Shown here one piece after another: positions 8,638-14,439 of a DNA stretch of 14,439 bases (within the stretch, counting starts at the first letter, position 1; each line of letters begins with the position of its first letter). This stretch comes from Paraspadella gotoi (Eukaryota > Animalia > Chaetognatha). A program made the translations under genes and the position numbers. The stretch covers positions 1 through 14,439 of the forward strand of contig JBJCIZ010000464.1 in assembly GCA_051294375.1 (NCBI GenBank), given 5' to 3'. Under the pieces are notes generated by a model. That model searched no databases. It saw nothing but the letters and a program-made list of their open reading frames with translations, and was not told the origin of the DNA.

Positions 8638-9078
8638 TGATGAACGGTTGGTGGATTTTAAACCACCATAGCGTCTTCTTTTCCTCTCGATGGCGCGGAA
8701 CGAATCAAAGATACCCGTCCCTTCGCAAGATTTCTGCACAAGGGATACAAAAATCGCACGATGACAAAGTGCTTGTAGCGAAGGAACGACTTCCCCGCTG
8801 AAATGAAGGGCACGACGGCAGAATTTCCTTTTTGTGACGAATTCTGCCAACGAATCGACAGTCGGAACAAGGACGCGAGATTTACACGTGTCCGCGGCGT
8901 GAGGACATGGTAAGGAGACCAGTGAAGTTGACGATGGAAGAACTCGGATCCGTTTACTTTGAAACGTGAATACGGATTTTTTGCTTAATTTTGTGAATAT
9001 GTTGGCAAAGTCATGCCATAATCGGCGAGCGAAAACAGGAGAATGTGTATGTTTACTAAGAAACGGTTCTGTTTTCAT
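8578..9078 (-). CDS. 166-aa hypothetical protein with a BC-box/SOCS-box-like motif
   Basis: Longest ORF in the window and not microsatellite-derived. VPSLQALCHRAI at residues 98-109 (8752-8787), RRALHF just before it, and RKRRR near the C-terminus. The last 20 or so codons overlap the tRNA-like head. Confidence 0.45.
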   Translation of the reverse strand: MKTEPFLSKHTHSPVFARRLWHDFANIFTKLSKKSVFTFQSKRIRVLPSSTSLVSLPCPHAADTCKSRVLVPTVDSLAEFVTKRKFCRRALHFSGEVVPSLQALCHRAIFVSLVQKSCEGTGIFDSFRAIERKRRRYGGLKSTNRSSAAIGAGGRSFASQPKGPGF

Positions 9079-9692
9079 TCGTTTTTATCACCGAATCACA
9101 ATCGTCCGCCTGAAACTTGTTTCTATGAGTTTCTAAACCATGTTTTTTTTCCTATTTTCTCTCATTAAAAATACATTTTGAAACTTTTAGCGGCTCATTT
9201 TTGGACGGGGGACACTTGAACGTTAGTTTCCGCATGCAAGAAGATAAAATTTTTCTTCAGAGAGAGATAGAAAAAAGAGAGATAAAGAGAGAGAGAGGGA
9301 GAAAATAATAAAGAGAGATAAGTCAATTGTATGTCCGGTCAGGGGCTTTATTTATTTTTCTCGCTTATTTTTTTTTGATATTGTTCATAAATCTAAATAA
9401 ATCTTTAAATACATAAAATTTTCATTGCTTAACCGAGAAACAACTTTTTATTAAGTAAAAATAAAACCAAAACTAAAATTCGATGGTCACGAGACCAATT
9501 TCCACCAATCACAGATCGCACTTGATGATTTTTTAAAAAATTGTAAAATCTGCAGTGGATCCTGAATATTTTTTTGGAAATTATTATTGTGATATCAAAT
9601 GAAACTACATTAGGTAAAGGAATCACCGACAGGCAACATATTTTGGAAAATTATATATGCATATGATCTGCCCTACTATATAGTTATCTAGT

Positions 9693-10353
9693 TATCAAGC
9701 CATGACCGGTGAAGCCGGTTCAGGCTTGATATTGATTCGGGTGAGCTTCTTTGTGACGTAGTCGTCGTCGTCGTCGTCGTCGTCGTTTGGCTGTGACTTA
9801 CCGTTTTTTTTAAATAAAAATTAATATGAATTATGATAAAGTTTTACAAAAGTGTGCATTCATAGTAAGTTAAAAATTTAGATATGGCTTCTCATCTTGA
9901 AATAGCTTTGATATTTTCTTATTACTTTTGGATTTAAGTATTTTTTGTTTGAATTTCCACTTCATTATGATTTACTGCAATATGCAAATGAGATTTATAG
10001 TACTCATTATCATATCGAAATTAGTATATAGAAATGCTTTAATCTAATTTACATATTGCAGTATATAATATTGAAGATGAAATTCAAAAAAAAATTTTTA
10101 AATCTCTAATAAAAATGGGAACTCAAAATAACTTTTTAATGAGAAGCTATATCTTAATTTTAATACAAATAAAAATAAAATCTTTTACAAGCTGCGATTG
10201 GAAAAAATTGGAAAAATTTCCAATTGTAAACCATTGTAACATTTTTTGCCTTTATTTTATTTCTTTTATTCTTTTATTTCAGAAAAAAACGAGTTCAGTT
10301 TCTGCAATGACTGTACAGCGGCCTTCAAGCAGCTGTCCAGCTTTGTCTTTCTT

Positions 10354-10391
<38 letters not shown>

Positions 10392-11409
10392 TCTCTTTCT
10401 GTCTCTTTCTCTCTTTACAATCTCTTGCGTGATCGTTCTTTTTTTGAAAAATTATGATTATGTTTTTCTTTCTAAAAACTTTTATTCGGGGCTTTTTTCT
10501 CAATACAAAATCCCAAATTTACATCCGAGATTTTCGTGGATACATTTTAAAAAAAGTGAAGAATAACTAATATTGACATGCATTGTCACATGTAAATCAG
10601 CTAATGTGACTTATTATATATGCAGCACTTTCGCCGAAGAATATGCATTATATTTAAAAAAAATAAATTTGTATTTATTTATTATTGTAACTTTGAACCG
10701 GTTGGCCCACTATTGGCAAATTATATCTAAAATAGGAGTTGATAAGAGAGATATAGTCAAATTAAACATTACTTTTTTTGTTATTCTGATAATTTATACT
10801 ATTATTAAATTTATAAATATTTTTAGTATATATATTTAATCATTTTTATCAATTTTTTTTTAAATAATAATTATTTGAGTTGTGATAACTATTTATAAAT
10901 TAATTAAATATGCAAATATAAAATTTGACCTCGGTCTGGTTTCTTCCTAAAAAAAGAACAATCAAAAATTTCATTCAAGATTAAAATTTTTTAAAATGAG
11001 GAAATAAAATTTTTTTTGATAAGTAAAAAAATATTTGGAAGTCAAAAATATCATAGTCGTTAACTGAGTATTTTCAACTATATATTTTGTTAATAGGGAT
11101 TATAATTTTTGGATCATTATTATTGAAAAGAGTTTAGCTTTATCAAGTTTTTTTTCTTCTGAATAGGGGTAGCCCCTCTCAATGGGGTGAATCAAAAATT
11201 TAGTATGGGAACATGCTCAAACGAAAATTTATGCATTTTTAAGTTTACTTTCAATGTACAAAAAATTTCTTATATGGCTCTATACCCAAATATTTATTTT
11301 GTAATATTTTTTTATAGAAAGGAAAAGAGTTCGTCCCTACTCATATTCGTCGGAAAATGAGTTCAGCTCTGCAGCGGCGGTCCTGCGGCGGTCCAGCGGC
11401 TGTCCAGCT

Positions 11410-11460
<51 letters not shown>

Positions 11461-11776
11461 CCTTCTAAAAACTTTTATTATCGCCATTTATTCTGCGCTT
11501 TTTTCTCAATACAAAATCCCAAATTTAATCCGAGATTTTCGTGGATTTTTTCCCTAAAAATTCTGATTATTCTTTATATAAACGAGAGAGACCTAATAAT
11601 GCGTTTCGTTGGCGGGAAAACTGTCCAGCCTCTCTCTCTCTCTCTCTCTCTTTCACTCATACACGCATTTGTTTGTTTTATTTACGATGAATGATTTATC
11701 GCGTCAATGAATGACTATCATCGCATCAATGAATGACTATCATCATGGCTTGATCCTTATGCTTTTAAGATTTTTT
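9693..11776 (+). mobile_element. Complete non-autonomous Helentron/DINE-1-like (HINE) element, family A, about 2.1 kb
   Basis: 5' palindrome TATCAAGCCATGACCGG-TGAAG-CCGGTTCAGGCTTGATA (9693-9731) contains subTIR ATCAAGCCATGA (9694-9705). (GTC)8 at 9761-9784. Exact inverse TCATGGCTTGAT at 11743-11754, then a short stem-loop and T run. Bounded by TT with no TSD. Confidence 0.85.
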
Positions 11777-11799
11777 CATTAGTGAGGCAGTGAGGAAGT

Positions 11800-12077
11800 T
11801 GAAATATGTGTCCATTTTCTTTGTTTTATATGGATTCAAATATTTTTTATTTGAATTTCCATTTAATTATGATTTACTGCAAAATGCAAATTAGATTATA
11901 GTACTTTTTCATTAATTTTCTTTGATAGTAAGGTCTGACGAGATCACTATACTGATTATTTTTAACCCTCTAAAAACTTTTATTATTGCCATTTATTCCG
12001 CGCTTTTCTTCAATACAAAATCCCAAATTTTCATCTGAGATTTTCGTGGATTTATTCTCTTTCATTCTCTCTCTCTT

Positions 12078-12116
<39 letters not shown>

Positions 12117-12497
12117 CTCTCTCTCTTTCACACATACACATATTTGTTTGTTTTATTTACGATGAATGATTCATCGCGTCAATGAATGACTATCATCGCA
12201 TCAGTGAATGACTATCATCGCATCAGTGAATGACTATCATCACAGCAGTGAATGACTATCATCGCATCAATAATTGGTTATCATCGCATTAATAATTGGT
12301 TGTCATCGAATCAATAATCAATTCCTATTACATCAATAAATTACTGTTACATTAATCAATTAGTATTACCTCAATCAATTACTATTACATCAATAATTCA
12401 TTATTGCATTATTCATTCTGTTTTTTTCCCGGATTTTTTCATTAATTTTCTTTGATGGTAGGCTCTGGCTCGATCTTGAGTCTTTTAAGTTTTTTTT
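11800..12497 (+). mobile_element. Family-A-related element, internal and 3' part
   Basis: 11800-11905 resembles 9897-10003, and 11969-12200 resembles 11464-11722. Ends TGGCTCGATCTTGAGTCTTTTAAG plus a T run, a variant of the family A 3' end. Confidence 0.65.
12177..12308. repeat. 22-bp minisatellite CATCAGTGAATGACTATCATCG, 6 units then decaying
   Basis: Units start at 12177, 12199, 12221, 12243, 12265 and 12287. Only about 2 units occur at the homologous positions near 3865-3908 and 11702-11745. Confidence 0.9.
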
Positions 12498-13515
12498 AGT
12501 CGGATCTGCTTATCAGCATGATCCCGACTCTATAATTCACTTTGTCGGTCCATCAGTCCGCCCCCTCAATATGTCGGGCAGGTCACTTATATCATGTCAG
12601 AACATCGAATTATGACTAAATTATGCAAAAAAAAACATGTTCCGTCCGTGGCTCTGTCCGTCCGTCCGTCGTCCGTCGTCGTCCGTCCGTCATCCGTCCC
12701 ACGCTTAGCAAAAAACACCAATTACTCTGTTGTTGATGGATGAATTGGAATGAAATTTTTGGTCGATCGTGTGGGTTAGGCGAAGTTGTGTGGACATGAT
12801 AGCTGTATATGAAGTTTCGATGGAATCGTGGGAGTGGAAATGAGGTTTAAATGGAAAAAATGAAAAAAATTAATGTCACTATTTGAACACCAATTACTCA
12901 AGGATGGATGGCGGCGATTGATTGAATTTTGTATTTGGTAGGAAAGTGTGTGATTTAGCTGGAATCAAAGTTTCGATGGAATCGTTTGCAGTGGAAATGA
13001 GTTTAAATGGAAAAAAACAAAAAACCTGTTTCACTAATTGATTCTGCTTCTTTTTTCTTTATATTAAATGTAAATGAAGGAGTGTTTTAATAAAATCAAA
13101 TAATTAATCAGTTAATTAACTCAATTAGTCAATGTAATTAATCGAATAATTAATAATTAGTCGCAATCAATCCATCCTTCCGTCCATCTTAGCAAAAAGC
13201 TCCAATAACTGTATTGGCTGGTTGGATTGGAATGAAATTTTGTGTGTGGTAGGACAGTGTGAGATGAATCTGGCTATAAAGTTTCGATGGAATCGTCGCG
13301 AGTAGGAAATTGAGTTTAAATGGAAAAAACATAAGTTGCATTTACTAAAATATTTTTACTTATTTTAACCGAACTAAATACTCTATTTAGATCATATAAT
13401 TGTGATGGATATTTTGAGTTAAAAATTTTGTGTGTGGTAGGAAAGGTGTGTGACGAAGATTGATACAAAGTTTCGGTGGAAACGTTACGAGTGGAAATGA
13501 GTTTAAATAAAAAAA
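12498..13515 (+). mobile_element. Helentron/DINE-1-like family B element, 5' part with internal repeats of about 155-190 bp
   Basis: After a T run, palindrome AGTCGGATCTGCT-TATC-AGCATGATCCCGACT (12498-12529). (GTCC/GTC)n at about 12642-12699. Core AAGTTTCGATGGAATCGT...AGTGGAAATGAGTTTAAAT at about 12812, 12968, 13279 and 13468. The 3' subTIR was not found. Confidence 0.75.
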
Positions 13516-13559
13516 AGTTTGAGTCACATTTACTTGGAATTTTAATACAAATAATAATA

Positions 13560-14439
13560 TAAATCGTAACAAGCCTATGATTGGAAAAATTTTCAATTGA
13601 TAACCATTGGTAACCTTTTTTGTCTTTCTTTTATTTATTTTTTAATTATATATATATGTTTTTTCAGGCGCTGGCCTTTTACTGAATCGTTTAAAAACGA
13701 GTTCCAGTCTCTTCAGTCTCTGTCTGTCTCTCTCTGGTGGTGCGTCTGTCTCTCTCCTGTTACAATTCTTGCGGTGATCGTTCGTTTTTGGAAAATTCTG
13801 ATGTAATTTTTTTCTTTCTAAAAAAAAGTATATATATTCTGATCAGGGCGCTGCTTTTCTGATCGTATTAAAAACGAGTTCAAGGCTCTCTCTCTCTCGT
13901 CTCCTCCGTCTCCTCCGTCCCCCTCTCTCTCGATCTCTACTCTCTCTCTACAAAAGCAAAAAATATTCACGAGGCGACGAGTAAACGAGTTCCGGCTCTC
14001 TCTCTCGTCTCTATCTCTCTCTCTATCTAGCTTCTCTCACCTCCTCTCTCGGTCTCTATATTCTTTCTCTCTTCTCTACCTCTATCTTCGCTCTCGCTGC
14101 TCTGCTCATCTTCTCCTCTCGTATCTCTCTTTTTTTTTACAATTTTTTTTTCCACCCAACCGTCACTAGGCGACGAATAAACGAGTAAACGAGTAAATGA
14201 GTTCCGGCTCTGCAGCGTCTGTTCAGCTTCTTTCTCTCTCTCTCTCTCTCTGTACGATCGTTCGTTTTTAAAAAAATTCTTATTATTTCTTTCCTTCTAA
14301 AAACTTTTATTATCGCCATTTATTTTTTTTCTCAATACAAAATCCCAGATTTTCGTGGATTCATTTTATAAAAAGGGAAGAATAACTTATAATGCAGGTA
14401 ATGTCACATGTACATCAACTTGTGTGACAGGTAGGCGAT
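13560..14439 (+). mobile_element. Diverged family-A-related internal sequence with (CT)n modules
   Basis: 13568-13640 resembles 10187-10270, and 14255-14430 resembles 10430-10610. Repeated AAACGAGTTC(C)RG-(CT)n modules. Confidence 0.65.

Noticed and set aside
8600-8675. Hammerhead (CTGATGA at 8637) or HDV-like (GGCGAATG at 8605) ribozyme
   Set aside because: No GAAA follows a stem II and no P2 partner strand was found. The hairpins are better explained by the tRNA-like element on the minus strand.

Overview
AT-rich eukaryotic (probably invertebrate) repeat-dense DNA, not a prokaryotic locus. No intact transposase, RT or conserved gene is recognisable. Most of the window is a nested mosaic of non-autonomous Helentron/DINE-1-like elements of two families. 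Family A has subTIR ATCAAGCCATGA and (GTC)n, with a complete copy at 9693-11776 and a 5'-truncated twin at 2390-3941. Family B has subTIR AGTCGGATCTGC and (GTCC)n, with copies at 3942-4848 (-) and 12498-13515 (+). Also present are a 1.2-kb TTAA-flanked Kolobok-like element, a 451-bp TG...CA insert and several minisatellites. The exception is a non-repetitive island at about 6800-9140. It holds three compact, partly frameshifted ORFs carrying host-docking short linear motifs (two TQT/LC8 sites, RVxF, BC-box/SOCS-like, RxL, NLS-like). Between the convergent pair lies a tRNA-like Pol III head followed by a run of hairpins, and a diverged second copy of that head sits at 5972-6042. All calls are by eye with no database search. 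Many homopolymer indels may be sequencing errors.
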